Below are positions 19,234 to 28,656 of a stretch of DNA of 47,233 nucleotides, one piece after another. The stretch comes from Dehalococcoidia bacterium. GTDB lineage: Bacteria; Chloroflexota; Dehalococcoidia; Lucifugimonadales; UBA3495. The notes under the pieces were generated by a model. That model saw only the letters and a program-made list of their open reading frames with translations. It was not told the origin of the DNA and did not search any database. The DNA lies in contig JASLXV010000014.1 of the NCBI GenBank assembly GCA_030740155.1, positions 1-47,233 of the forward strand, read 5' to 3'. The translations under genes were made by a program, and so were the position numbers. How positions within the stretch are numbered: position 1 is the first letter of the stretch; every line of letters starts with the position of its first letter.

Positions 19234-19785
19234 TCAGTAGACGAACGGAATCAGCTTTCTCGTAGCTTTCCTATACTTCCGGTAAGCATCGCCGAACTCC
19301 TCGGTCAACATCCTCTCCTCGATCCTGATCCTGTTGAGGAATATCGGGATCAGGGCCGACATAATCAGGAGACCATAATAACTTGAGGCGTACACCGGCG
19401 CGCCAATAGTCATCGTGATGACTCCAAGATAGATTGGGTGCCGGGTGAAGCGGTAGATGCCACGCTGAATAAGCTCGTGATCTTCTCTGGTCACCAGAGT
19501 CGAGGAGTAGAAGCGCCGAAGGGTAGCTAGGGCAACGAGAGCAGTCGTCAATCCAACGACGAAGAAGGCCAAGCCGAGAATGTTAGGGACTGAGAGCAGG
19601 CTCAGATCCTGAGGCTGCCTGACCAGGTCCCACGTGGTAGCCGCCAGCCCGTCGTAGCCGTCTCTCGCGCTGACTACCAACCCCGCGGACAAGACAAAGG
19701 CCGCGGGGGTGCAAAAATAGAGCACGTCCTCTCGAATCGCGTTCCGCACGATCCCATGCCTTGCCAGAAACCCGCGCTTCCCCAA
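19234..19785 (-). CDS. Isoprenylcysteine carboxyl methyltransferase/PEMT family membrane protein
   Basis: HELIQRGIYRFTRHPIYLG and RIRIEERMLTEEFGDAYRKY...LIPFVY motifs; start uncertain. Confidence 0.88.
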   Translation of the reverse strand: MGKRGFLARHGIVRNAIREDVLYFCTPAAFVLSAGLVVSARDGYDGLAATTWDLVRQPQDLSLLSVPNILGLAFFVVGLTTALVALATLRRFYSSTLVTREDHELIQRGIYRFTRHPIYLGVITMTIGAPVYASSYYGLLIMSALIPIFLNRIRIEERMLTEEFGDAYRKYRKATRKLIPFVY

Positions 19786-19823
19786 ACTGCCGGACCGCCT
19801 CCTTTCAGACTTGGTACGAAAAT

Positions 19824-19861
19824 GTCATGCCGAGTCCTTCGCGGGAAGGACTCGGCATGAC
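19824..19861. repeat. Perfect 17-bp inverted repeat (REP-like palindrome)
   Basis: GTCATGCCGAGTCCTTC-GCGG-GAAGGACTCGGCATGAC. Confidence 0.9.
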
Positions 19862-20042
19862 GCGGCGGCGTCCATTTTCGTCGACCGTGGTGCCCCGATT
19901 CGATCGGGGCATGAATGATTCCGAGGACATCGAGGACAAAGTCCGTTGGCCCAGCTCGAACCGGCGCTGGATAGCCTCCTCAACCATGATCGGCTTCGAT
20001 CCTCTTTCAGGCCTCTTTTAGGACCTTCACCCTGCATCGCCG

Positions 20043-20300
20043 CTAACGTTGCGCAACATATATGCCGGCCAGCACCAGGAACAAGAGAGTCCCCACCGCA
20101 ATGGATGCCAGCATGAACCGCCGGGAGCCCGGCGACACCGGCTCCTTTTGACGCGAAAAGACGGGAATCCAGAAGGGAATCATCAGCGCGGGCAGAATCG
20201 CGATAGACCCGTCGTAAGCCAGCCAGGCCGCCACAAGGGCGATGTTCGAGACAATGGCGATGAAAATGCGGCCTTTGGGTGTCCTCAGGGACTTCAGCAT
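20043..20300 (-). CDS. Hypothetical small membrane protein (85 aa, ~3 TM)
   Basis: GAGG RBS, ATG, three hydrophobic segments. Confidence 0.7.
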   Translation of the reverse strand: MLKSLRTPKGRIFIAIVSNIALVAAWLAYDGSIAILPALMIPFWIPVFSRQKEPVSPGSRRFMLASIAVGTLLFLVLAGIYVAQR

Positions 20301-20517
20301 GGCTTACTTTCCTCTTCACTGGTGTGACCTGCCGAGGTCAGCCCAATGGGTAGAATCGTCCGGTATCGATTGCGCCCGCGGAGGCGGACCAGGTGTCCTG
20401 CACAGAACCGGGCTGGACGTTACCCGAATTGGGCAAAACGCAACATATAGCGTAGACGTTGGGGTTCAAGGCCGTCTACGCTTTGAGGGGGCGTGAATCG
20501 TCAACAATAAAGCCGGG

Positions 20518-21099
20518 CTATTGCGCCGCCGATGGCGGAGACCAGGGCAGGACCTCCATCTCGGAGATAACGATCTGAGCATCGAAACCTCCCAGGTGTC
20601 CGTACCGGTCTCCGCGCTCGAATATCCCCTCGACGCGGACCTTGCCGTAGCGTTCCAGGGGACCCATCATTTCTTGTTGGTGGAGCCGGTCGAACACCTC
20701 CGTTGGCGTCGACCCTTCCAGCCAAATCATTTGGCTTTGGGGCCAAAGATGGCCTTCGGCAAGCCCCGAAGCCTCCATCCTCTCGCTCATGAGATTGCTT
20801 TCCCAGCCGTGGAAGTAGAACCCCTCCAAAAAGATTTCTCTGCCGATGTAACTATCCGGGCGAGCGAAAAGCTCACCCAAGGTCACTTTCGGCAACCTGC
20901 CAGCGGACGGGCTGCTTGGCGTGAACTCCGGCGTGACGCTTGGTGTGGCGCTCGGCGTGGCTCCCAGGGTGGCGCTTGCCGTGGCACCAGGCGTGACTAT
21001 CGGAGTCCTCGATGGTGTCTCGGCGCCCCCGCAGGCCATACCGATCACCATCAATGCTACCGCTCCGAGGGCTAGGGCGAATCTCAGCATACCCGTCAT
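20518..21099 (-). CDS. Putative lipoprotein with Pro/Thr linker and small beta-rich (OB-like) domain
   Basis: Signal peptide ending MA-CGG (lipobox-like), TP-rich linker, then VTLGELFARPDSYIGREIFLEG...VRVEGIFE. Confidence 0.75.
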   Translation of the reverse strand: MTGMLRFALALGAVALMVIGMACGGAETPSRTPIVTPGATASATLGATPSATPSVTPEFTPSSPSAGRLPKVTLGELFARPDSYIGREIFLEGFYFHGWESNLMSERMEASGLAEGHLWPQSQMIWLEGSTPTEVFDRLHQQEMMGPLERYGKVRVEGIFERGDRYGHLGGFDAQIVISEMEVLPWSPPSAAQ

Positions 21100-21294
21100 T
21101 CCGTTGTTCTCGCACCGTGAGACATCAAGCGGGTCCTCACGTTGTCATATACATTTGACGCCGGTCAAAGGTTCTCAGCCCCAAGCATGGGGCCTGAACC
21201 AGGTGATACCTGGATGCTCTCGGGTCCGCCGATTTCTTGTCGCGCTACAAAGCAGTAGCACGGTCCAGACCCAAAGAGGCCCATCTCACGCCAG

Positions 21295-21783
21295 TCAGAA
21301 GTCCTCACCGGATGAAGGCGCATCCTCCACGGGGACCCCGGCGTTCTCGCCTTCGCACGCATCGATGTTGTTAACCCAGTTGCACTCGTTGGGATCGATC
21401 CCTTCATCCGAGCGAATGGGAGCCTGGGGCTCCACTTCGCCGGGTGTCTCGGGGAGACTGACGACCTCGACACAGGAGACGTGGCCGCCGGACGAGATGG
21501 CGATCCCTTGGTCGGGTCCGCATTCGACGTCGCGGTCTGGAACCAGATATGACCTGCACTCGCTGAAATCGGGCTCGATAACGCCTAAGACGCCCTCGTC
21601 GACCACCAACACGTCGTTGCAGACGGGCGCCTCCTCAATGCACACGGCCGAGCTTGGCGGCAGGGCGGCGTCTTGCGGATCGGATGCGTCGGAGCCATCG
21701 CCCGCCATGGAGTAGGCGGTGACCACGCCGACGGTGACCAGGGTGAGGGTCAGTCCTAGCAGGGGTGTCAGCCATCTCTTCAT
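21295..21783 (-). CDS. Hypothetical secreted/anchored acidic Cys-containing protein (162 aa)
   Basis: AAGGAG RBS, MKRWLTPLLGLTLTLVTVGVVTA signal-like N-terminus, acidic body with 7 Cys. Confidence 0.7.
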   Translation of the reverse strand: MKRWLTPLLGLTLTLVTVGVVTAYSMAGDGSDASDPQDAALPPSSAVCIEEAPVCNDVLVVDEGVLGVIEPDFSECRSYLVPDRDVECGPDQGIAISSGGHVSCVEVVSLPETPGEVEPQAPIRSDEGIDPNECNWVNNIDACEGENAGVPVEDAPSSGEDF

Positions 21784-22069
21784 TGGGTGTGCTCCTTGAC
21801 TCGATATGAAGTATGAGTTCAGTTCTGCAGAGCAAGACGAAGCAGGCCCCCAAAAGGTTCCCGAGGAGACACTTTCCGAGGTTCGGAGGAGTTGCGGGAC
21901 CGGCTGGGCCGGCTGCGCAATCCGTCCAGCTTCTGATACCATGGGGTGGGCGAAGCCGGCCGAGGGCCTTCCCTCCGTCTGCCAAACCGGGTAGTAGCCA
22001 GCGCCCGCGGCCTTGGGGCTGCCCCCGTACAAGTGATCAGGATGGATGATTGGCAGGAAGGAGACCGGC

Positions 22070-24043
22070 TTGCGGGCATACCTCGTTCCGGGTTTGCTGT
22101 CAGTATCGGCTTTGCTGATTGCCGCCTGCGGGCAACCCGCGCCAACGTCCACCCAGGCGTTGCCCTCGACGCCGGCGGTTGCCCCGGTCACCACTCCGCC
22201 GGCGTCGGTAAGTCTGGCGACCCTCCCAGCACCCACCGCCACCCCAGTGGCGGAGCCGGCCCCGGCGCCCACCCTGGTCCCCACCGCGACGCCGGCGCCT
22301 GAGCCGACACCCGCTCCAACCCCTACCCCGGCGGGGAAGCCTACCTCCACTCCCAGACCGACCGCGCCTCCGGCGGCGACGCCCACCGCCGCTCCGGACC
22401 CCACGCCGAAGCCTACGCCTACTTCTTTCCCGTCACCGCCTACGCCCACGCCTTCCAACACGCCAACCCTTCCGCCTCCGACGGCGCCACCACCTTCACC
22501 CACCCCCGATTCGTCGCAGAGACTACGGAACAGCCTACCTTGGTTCAAAGAGGAAGACCGCACCGAGGCCGAGGAGGGCGCCCTGTCCGCGCTTTCCCAG
22601 ATAGTCCGCCAGGACCAGGAACTTGGGATGGCGGCGGCGGGCCTCCCTTGGATAGCCGACGGCATCGCGGAGGGGGAGCCTGAGCCCATGGAGAAGCTCG
22701 CCTTTCTCGCCACAAAGGATACCTCGTTGGCGGCAGCGGTGGCGGGCCTCCCCTGGTTCCACGACGGCATTATCGAGGTAGAACAAAAGGCTCTCCAGAA
22801 CATCGTTTCCCTGGCCAGCCGGGACGCCTCTCTCGCCAAGACCGCCGCGGGCCTGGCGTGGGTGACCGACGGCATCGAGGGAGACGAATGGGCGTCCCTG
22901 GGAGACCTGGCCGTCATGGCGAAAAAGGACATCTCGCTGGCGAGCACCGTCGCCGCCTTCCCCTCCCACGCCGGGGGCTTCGACCAGAACACCCGGTTCG
23001 CGGTCTATTACCTGCGGTTTCTCATGGAGGAGGACGTGGACCTGGCAAACACGCTGGCGTCGGGGTCCTTTCTGGCGGACTCCATCGAAGAGCACGATGT
23101 ATCCGCCCTGACCTCACTGCGGGACCTGCTCGGATACCCCGACGACCTGGCGCTTCTGGTTGAACAAAGCTGGTTCACCGACGGGATTACCGACGACGAG
23201 GCCGTGCTGCTCACCGTCCTGAGCGACCAGGCCAGAATCAAACCCGCGGAGTACCGAAGTCTCTTGGCCGGGCACTACCTGGACTCGACAAGCACCACCC
23301 TGCCCTTGGCGGGGGAGGTCGAGTTGCACCTCCTGCGGCTTGGCCCTCCCTCACCGACCGATACCGCTCAGCAGCGGGCGCGGCACATGGCCCAACTGGA
23401 GGAAGCGGTCCTGGTGATGGAGGAGTTCATGGACATTCCCTTCCCCCAGTCGGATGTCATCCTGCTCTTCGCGGAGCCGGGCGTCGGCACCGCCGGGACC
23501 TACCACGGCACCCACATGATAATCAGCCCTCCCCAAGAGATACTGGGTGATTTCAGGCGCGTGATAGCCCACGAGGTGGGACACTACTACTGGGGGACCT
23601 CCACCTCGCCAGTCTGGTTCAGGGAAGGCGGGTCGGACTTTCTGGCCAGCTACGTTGTCCAACAGATCTACGGCGATTCTCTGAGAGGCCGGAGGACGGC
23701 GGTCGAGGCGGACAGCAGAAGCTGCGGCAGCCTGGGAATGTCCAACATCCAGAAACTGGTGGATAACCTGGCGATAATCGGTTACTCGGAGCACGCCGCC
23801 CGGTCCTACTTCGCGTGTAACTACACCAACGGCGAACTCCTCTTCCTAAACCTGTCCGAAATTTTGGGCGTCGACGCCTTCCAGGAAGCGTGGCGGGAGC
23901 TGCACGCCCTGACCGGAGCGGGGCAGAGTACGTGGACCGAGGACGAAGTCCACGCCGCTTTTCTGCGCCATGTGCCGGCCGGGGACGTCGACGAGTTTGA
24001 AGAAATGTATGCCCGGGTGCACGGAGGCGATTTCTCCGGGTGA
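22070..24043 (+). CDS. Lipoprotein: Pro/Thr linker, ~35-aa repeats, C-terminal gluzincin (M1/MA-like) metallopeptidase domain
   Basis: Lipobox LIAA-C; HEVGH plus downstream WFREGGSDF zinc motif; TTG 22070 after AGGAG (ATG 22046 alternative). Confidence 0.82.
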   Translation: MRAYLVPGLLSVSALLIAACGQPAPTSTQALPSTPAVAPVTTPPASVSLATLPAPTATPVAEPAPAPTLVPTATPAPEPTPAPTPTPAGKPTSTPRPTAPPAATPTAAPDPTPKPTPTSFPSPPTPTPSNTPTLPPPTAPPPSPTPDSSQRLRNSLPWFKEEDRTEAEEGALSALSQIVRQDQELGMAAAGLPWIADGIAEGEPEPMEKLAFLATKDTSLAAAVAGLPWFHDGIIEVEQKALQNIVSLASRDASLAKTAAGLAWVTDGIEGDEWASLGDLAVMAKKDISLASTVAAFPSHAGGFDQNTRFAVYYLRFLMEEDVDLANTLASGSFLADSIEEHDVSALTSLRDLLGYPDDLALLVEQSWFTDGITDDEAVLLTVLSDQARIKPAEYRSLLAGHYLDSTSTTLPLAGEVELHLLRLGPPSPTDTAQQRARHMAQLEEAVLVMEEFMDIPFPQSDVILLFAEPGVGTAGTYHGTHMIISPPQEILGDFRRVIAHEVGHYYWGTSTSPVWFREGGSDFLASYVVQQIYGDSLRGRRTAVEADSRSCGSLGMSNIQKLVDNLAIIGYSEHAARSYFACNYTNGELLFLNLSEILGVDAFQEAWRELHALTGAGQSTWTEDEVHAAFLRHVPAGDVDEFEEMYARVHGGDFSG

Positions 24044-24143
24044 GATTTGCGGCCGCGGCCCCTCTCCGGTGGCGGTACGAAACCGGCATTGATCGAGCGG
24101 GTACCGGGGGCGCGAGACCCCCTCTCTTATCTCCTCATTCGTG

Positions 24144-24289
24144 AGGCCTTGCCCCAAAAGTACCCTGAAACCTGTCACCACGAGTGAAGCGAGGGGTCTG
24201 GGGCGGTGGGCCCAGGCGCCAATGGGGGAACCCCGCCCCGGATTCCTCGTCGCTTCGCTCCTCGGAATGACAGTCTTGAGGCAACGCCC
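24144..24289 (+). mobile_element. MITE-like repeat copy 1 (~146 bp, imperfect TIRs, CGTG flanking duplication)
   Basis: Ends AGGCCTTGCCCCAAAA...TCTTGAGGCAACGCCC; internal palindrome TGTCACCACGAGTGAAGCGAGG...CCTCGTCGCTTCGCTCCTCGGAATGACA; closely matches the reverse complement of 30334-30480. Confidence 0.75.
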
Positions 24290-24661
24290 CGTGAAGGGGA
24301 GAAGATAGATTCCTTCCCTCGCAATAAGGTCAGGGCCGCCACCGCCGTCCCGCGCCGGCCCGTGGTGCTGGCGGAAGCGATCCGGCGGGCCGATTGTTTC
24401 AGAGTTAAAACGATGCTAGAGTTTACCCGGCTCTGTTGACATAGCAGCTCTTCCTCGCCGATTGACCTTCGAGGCGGCCCGGGGTTCACCCTCATGCCCC
24501 CGGCAGGGCCACAAGCTACCACGCGGGCCCGGTTTGCCAACGAAGCCGGTCCATTCCCGTACTCCAATGCCTCAGACCACCGGGCCGCAAACCACCGGCG
24601 CGGGCGCAACCGGGTCCGGCAGAGCGGGCCGGGCCAATTTCGGGAAACCAGGAGGGGAGAC

Positions 24662-26236
24662 ATGTTGGACCTGATAATTAAGAACGGGCTGGTGATCGAC
24701 GGCTCCGGCAGCCCCGGTTTTTACGCGGCGGTGCTGGTGGAGAACGACCTGGTGACCATCCACCGGGGAGATGTGTCCCACCTGGAAGCGGCGCGGGTCA
24801 TCGACGCATCGGGACACGTGGTTTGTCCCGGCTTCGTCGACCTGCACTCCCACACCGGCCTGACCATCCTGGGCGCTCCCCATCATGACCCCAAGGTGCG
24901 CCAGGGGGTCACCACCGAGCTGGTGGGTGTCGACGGCATCTCCCACGCTCCGTTCAAGAACCAGGAGGAGCTGCACCGCTACATCTGGCTCGATTCCGGC
25001 CTCAACGGCTACCCGCCGATGCCCGCCGATTGGCTGAGTGTCGCCGGCCTCCTCGGCAAGTACGACAACGCCGTCGCCATCAACGTGGCCTACATTCTGG
25101 GCAACTCGCCGGTTCGCATTTGGGGGGTCGGCTGGAACGACCGTCCCGCCACTCCGGCGGAGATGGAGGACATGAAGTCGGTGGTGCGGGAGGCCATGGA
25201 GGAGGGCGCTTGGGGGCTTTCCACCGGCCTCGATTACCCGCCGGGCTCCTACGCCGGCACCGAAGAACTGGCGGCCCTGTCCGAAGTTGCGGCCTCCCTG
25301 GGCGGCTTCTACCACACCCACACCCGGGCCAGCCTGCGCTCCAAGGGGCTGCTGGCCCCGTGGGAGGAGGCCCTGGAGATCGGCCGGCGCAGCGGCTGTC
25401 CCATTCACCTGACCCACTACCGCCAGAGCGCCCAGGGGGTAGGGAGCCACCTGGACTACCTGGGCCTGGTGGAAGACGCCCGCGACGAGGGGATGGACGT
25501 CACCTTCGACTGCTACACCTACCCCTATTCCGGTACCACGGTCACCATCGGCCTGCCCCATTGGGCCAAAGACGGCGGCCCCGAACGGCTGATGGCGGCG
25601 CTGCGGGACCCGGACGACCGGGCCAGGATGAGGAAGGAGGTGTCCAGGGGCCGGCTGGAGAACAACTGGCTGACCAACTTCACCCAGCCGCAAAACAGCA
25701 AGTATGACGGCCGCCTGCTCACCGACATCGCCGAGATGCGGGAGCAGGAACCGGTGGATGCCCTGTTCGACCTGCTGGTGGAAGAGAACCTGGGCATCTC
25801 CACGGTGGCGCTGGGCACCAACCCTCATACCCTGGCGGCTTTCGTGTCCCACCCCAGCGGCATGATAGCCAGCGATTCCATCCTCTTCGGGGAATATCCC
25901 AACCCCAGGTCCTACGGGTGCTTCCCCATTGTGCTGGCCGAGTTCGTGCGCGCCGAGAAGCATCTGCGGCTTCCCGAGGCCATCCGGAAGATGACATCCT
26001 TCCCCGCCCAACGCCTGGGCCTGCCCGACCGGGGCCTGCTGCGGGACGGGTTGAAAGCGGACATCGTGGTGTTCAACCCCGACACGGTGAAGACCCACGC
26101 CACCAGGAGCGACCCCAAGCACTACCCGGTGGGCATCGAATACGTGATCGTAAACGGCCGGGTGGTGGTCGACCGGGGCGAGAACACCGGCGCCTTGGCA
26201 GGCAGGGCCCTGCGCCGGGGCCGGGCCTCGACTTAG
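24662..26236 (+). CDS. N-acyl-D-amino-acid deacylase (D-aminoacylase family amidohydrolase)
   Basis: MLDLIIKNGLVIDGSG, PGFVDLHSH, QGVTTE, GLSTGLDYPP, RSYGCFP, AIRKMTSFPA, GLKADIVVF; GGAGG RBS. Confidence 0.92.
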   Translation: MLDLIIKNGLVIDGSGSPGFYAAVLVENDLVTIHRGDVSHLEAARVIDASGHVVCPGFVDLHSHTGLTILGAPHHDPKVRQGVTTELVGVDGISHAPFKNQEELHRYIWLDSGLNGYPPMPADWLSVAGLLGKYDNAVAINVAYILGNSPVRIWGVGWNDRPATPAEMEDMKSVVREAMEEGAWGLSTGLDYPPGSYAGTEELAALSEVAASLGGFYHTHTRASLRSKGLLAPWEEALEIGRRSGCPIHLTHYRQSAQGVGSHLDYLGLVEDARDEGMDVTFDCYTYPYSGTTVTIGLPHWAKDGGPERLMAALRDPDDRARMRKEVSRGRLENNWLTNFTQPQNSKYDGRLLTDIAEMREQEPVDALFDLLVEENLGISTVALGTNPHTLAAFVSHPSGMIASDSILFGEYPNPRSYGCFPIVLAEFVRAEKHLRLPEAIRKMTSFPAQRLGLPDRGLLRDGLKADIVVFNPDTVKTHATRSDPKHYPVGIEYVIVNGRVVVDRGENTGALAGRALRRGRAST

Positions 26237-26282
26237 AGTATTAGGCTCGGCGGAGATACCGGGCGGGGTTCTTTTCGACGGG

Positions 26283-26996
26283 TTAGGGTGGATCGGCCAA
26301 CGCTTCGATCAAGGCGTGCAAGGCGTCGCAATCCTTGCAGCCCGGCCGGCCCACTGGGGGACACTCCATGTCACCCACTTCTCTGACCTTCAACAGCAGC
26401 GGGGGGATCATCTCCTCCGGCCTCAGGTCCACGTCCACTATGTTTGCCTGGAATCCCATGGAAAACCCCAGATCGTCGACCAGCCGGGGGTCTCGCGCAG
26501 CGTCCTCGCCGGTCATGGGCTCCATGTAGACCAGCGCCAGCCGGGTCACGGGAGAGAGCCCCTGGCGCTCCCCAATGTAGGCGTAGGCGTTCAGCTGCAC
26601 CCGGTACCACGGCAGCATACCTCGCTGGCTCCGGGTGTGCCGGGCCGTCTTGTAGTCCACGATGGTGTACGAGCCGTCGGCCATTCGGAATATGCCGTCT
26701 GCTTCACCGCGAAGCGTAACGCCCGTTTCGGGGTCCAACGAATTGAAGCGGGACCAGTGAGGCGGAGCGATGTAGGCTTCCACTTCCCCCAGGACTCGCA
26801 GCCAGGCGGGAAAGGCGCTATCCCTCTCGAAGTGGTTCTGCACGATCAGCTTGTTGTACCGGTCGATGGTGCTGAATATGCCCGGAAAACTCTGATAGGG
26901 AAGAGTCTTGACGTGCAGGCGCACCCACGCGCAGCGAGGGCAGAATCGCCACGAAGCGTAGAATCCCAAGTCGGTGGCCGAAATGATAAGTGCCAT
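26283..26996 (-). CDS. PD-(D/E)XK nuclease, Cas4/AddB-like with four-Cys cluster
   Basis: N-terminal CPRC, LRGEADG, IVDYKT, QLNAY, C-terminal CKDC; GGAGG RBS. Confidence 0.82.
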   Translation of the reverse strand: MALIISATDLGFYASWRFCPRCAWVRLHVKTLPYQSFPGIFSTIDRYNKLIVQNHFERDSAFPAWLRVLGEVEAYIAPPHWSRFNSLDPETGVTLRGEADGIFRMADGSYTIVDYKTARHTRSQRGMLPWYRVQLNAYAYIGERQGLSPVTRLALVYMEPMTGEDAARDPRLVDDLGFSMGFQANIVDVDLRPEEMIPPLLLKVREVGDMECPPVGRPGCKDCDALHALIEALADPP

Positions 26997-27055
26997 CGAT
27001 TCCTCCGGTCGCGTCCCGGATTGGAGGCTGTACGCGGCCCCGCCGAAACCCGGAG

Positions 27056-28384
27056 CTACCCCAGCGCGCGGATCTCCGGCGGCAGCGCTTCCTCCCAGTT
27101 GGGCACTTGGTGGCGGGCCGTGGTCGGGAGAAAGATGATGGAGATGACGCCGATCAGGCTGAGCGCAAAGGCCAGGATCACGGAGCTGGTGTATTCGTCA
27201 GTCGCATACCACAGGAGCCCTCCCGCCAGCGGTCCCAGCGCCATGCCGAAGCCGCTCCCCAGCATCTGCCAGCCGTAGGCGGTGCCCGTGGGGGCGTCGC
27301 CGTAGTACTGGCGGTTGATGATGGGGAAGACGGTCATCTCGCCTCCCAATCCAACGCCAAACAGAACGGCGAAGAGGAAGAAGGTCCAGGGCTCATGAGC
27401 CACCAGCAGGATGAGCACAGGGAAGGTTTGCAGGGCGAAGCAAACGCCCATGGCGCCTTTGCTGCCCGTGCGGTCGGCCACCACCGGCGCGGTGAACCGG
27501 GTGATGGCGCTGATGACGGTGAGGGTGATGTAGATCGCGAGGCCCATCCCGATGGACAGCTCTTTTTCAACCATGGCAATCAGGAATACCAGGATGATGT
27601 TGTGGCCCGCGCATCCCCAGAAGTGGATGCCGATGAGGTTCCAGAACGCGGAGGTCCTTTGGGCCTGCTTCAGGAAAACCCTGGTCCTGATCTTCGCCGT
27701 CTCGATAGCCATCGGCCGGCGGATGGGCTCGCCTTCTTCGGCGCCGAAAGGCCGCAGGCCGATGGCCGCGGGCTCGTTTCGGAAGTACCGGGTCCCCAGA
27801 AGCAGGATCGCCCCGCCGATTATGCCGGGGAGCCAGAAGGTCCATGTGAGGCCAAACTGATTGTACAGCACATACACCAGGCCGGCGGCCACCGCGGTAC
27901 CCAGGCCCATGGCGGCCTGCATGATTCCCATGGCCACGCCCAATTGCTTCTTGAACCAGATCGAAACGCCCGCCACCATGGCAACCTGAAAAGCCGCGAT
28001 GGAGCCGGCCAGAAGGACCCCGAAATAGAGCCAGAACTGCCACCAATGGGTCATGGTGCCAGTGAGCATCATGCCCGCGATGAACAGAAAGGCTCCCCCG
28101 GCCATGACCCGGCGGAACCCGTACCGGTCGCCCATCCAGCCCACGGCGGGGCCCAGGAGTCCGGCCAGGAGCCATTGAAGGGTGAAACCAAAGCCGATGA
28201 GGCCGTAGTTCCATCCGTAGGCGCCATCGGGGTCCTCCAGATAGGGGACCAGCATGGAGGTGGCAAAGCGGACGGTGGAGCTGGTCGGCCACATGATGGA
28301 GGCCATCGCGACCATGCCCCAGGCGGGGTGGATTCTGTGAGTCCCGACCTCCAGGCCGGCCGGGCTCAAGCTAACCTTCGGCAA
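27056..28384 (-). CDS. MFS transporter
   Basis: About 12 hydrophobic segments; motif A GWMGDRYGFRR and VADRTGSK. Confidence 0.9.
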   Translation of the reverse strand: MPKVSLSPAGLEVGTHRIHPAWGMVAMASIMWPTSSTVRFATSMLVPYLEDPDGAYGWNYGLIGFGFTLQWLLAGLLGPAVGWMGDRYGFRRVMAGGAFLFIAGMMLTGTMTHWWQFWLYFGVLLAGSIAAFQVAMVAGVSIWFKKQLGVAMGIMQAAMGLGTAVAAGLVYVLYNQFGLTWTFWLPGIIGGAILLLGTRYFRNEPAAIGLRPFGAEEGEPIRRPMAIETAKIRTRVFLKQAQRTSAFWNLIGIHFWGCAGHNIILVFLIAMVEKELSIGMGLAIYITLTVISAITRFTAPVVADRTGSKGAMGVCFALQTFPVLILLVAHEPWTFFLFAVLFGVGLGGEMTVFPIINRQYYGDAPTGTAYGWQMLGSGFGMALGPLAGGLLWYATDEYTSSVILAFALSLIGVISIIFLPTTARHQVPNWEEALPPEIRALG

Positions 28385-28504
28385 TTATCTTCTCCGGCGA
28401 TTAATCGGCCCATTGTACATGGCGGGCCGGGGTCCATCAACAACACGTTCCTGGTGCTGCTCCAGCGGAGCTGTTTGGCAAAGTTGCTCAATTAGCAAAC
28501 GCAA

Positions 28505-28534
28505 CGTGGGGCGGGCATAAAGCCCGCCCCTACA
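28505..28534. repeat. REP-like palindrome / possible terminator
   Basis: GTGGGGCGGGC-ATAAA-GCCCGCCCCTAC. Confidence 0.55.
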
Positions 28535-28656
28535 TGAGGCCGCTTGCCTGCGATTCGCGAAGATACCTGCATACCGTTCCCCCGGTGGATACTGCGAACA
28601 GGGGTCCCGCCGCGGAGCGAGGTACCGCCGGCAGAGGCAGGAGCAGAGGGTACCGG

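Noticed and set aside
21784..22992. N-terminal extension of the 565-aa minus-strand ORF
   Set aside because: Mostly antisense to the Pro/Thr linker of the plus-strand lipoprotein; the real start is ATG 21783 with RBS and signal peptide
26283..26996. CRISPR-Cas locus
   Set aside because: No array, cas1 or cas2 in the window
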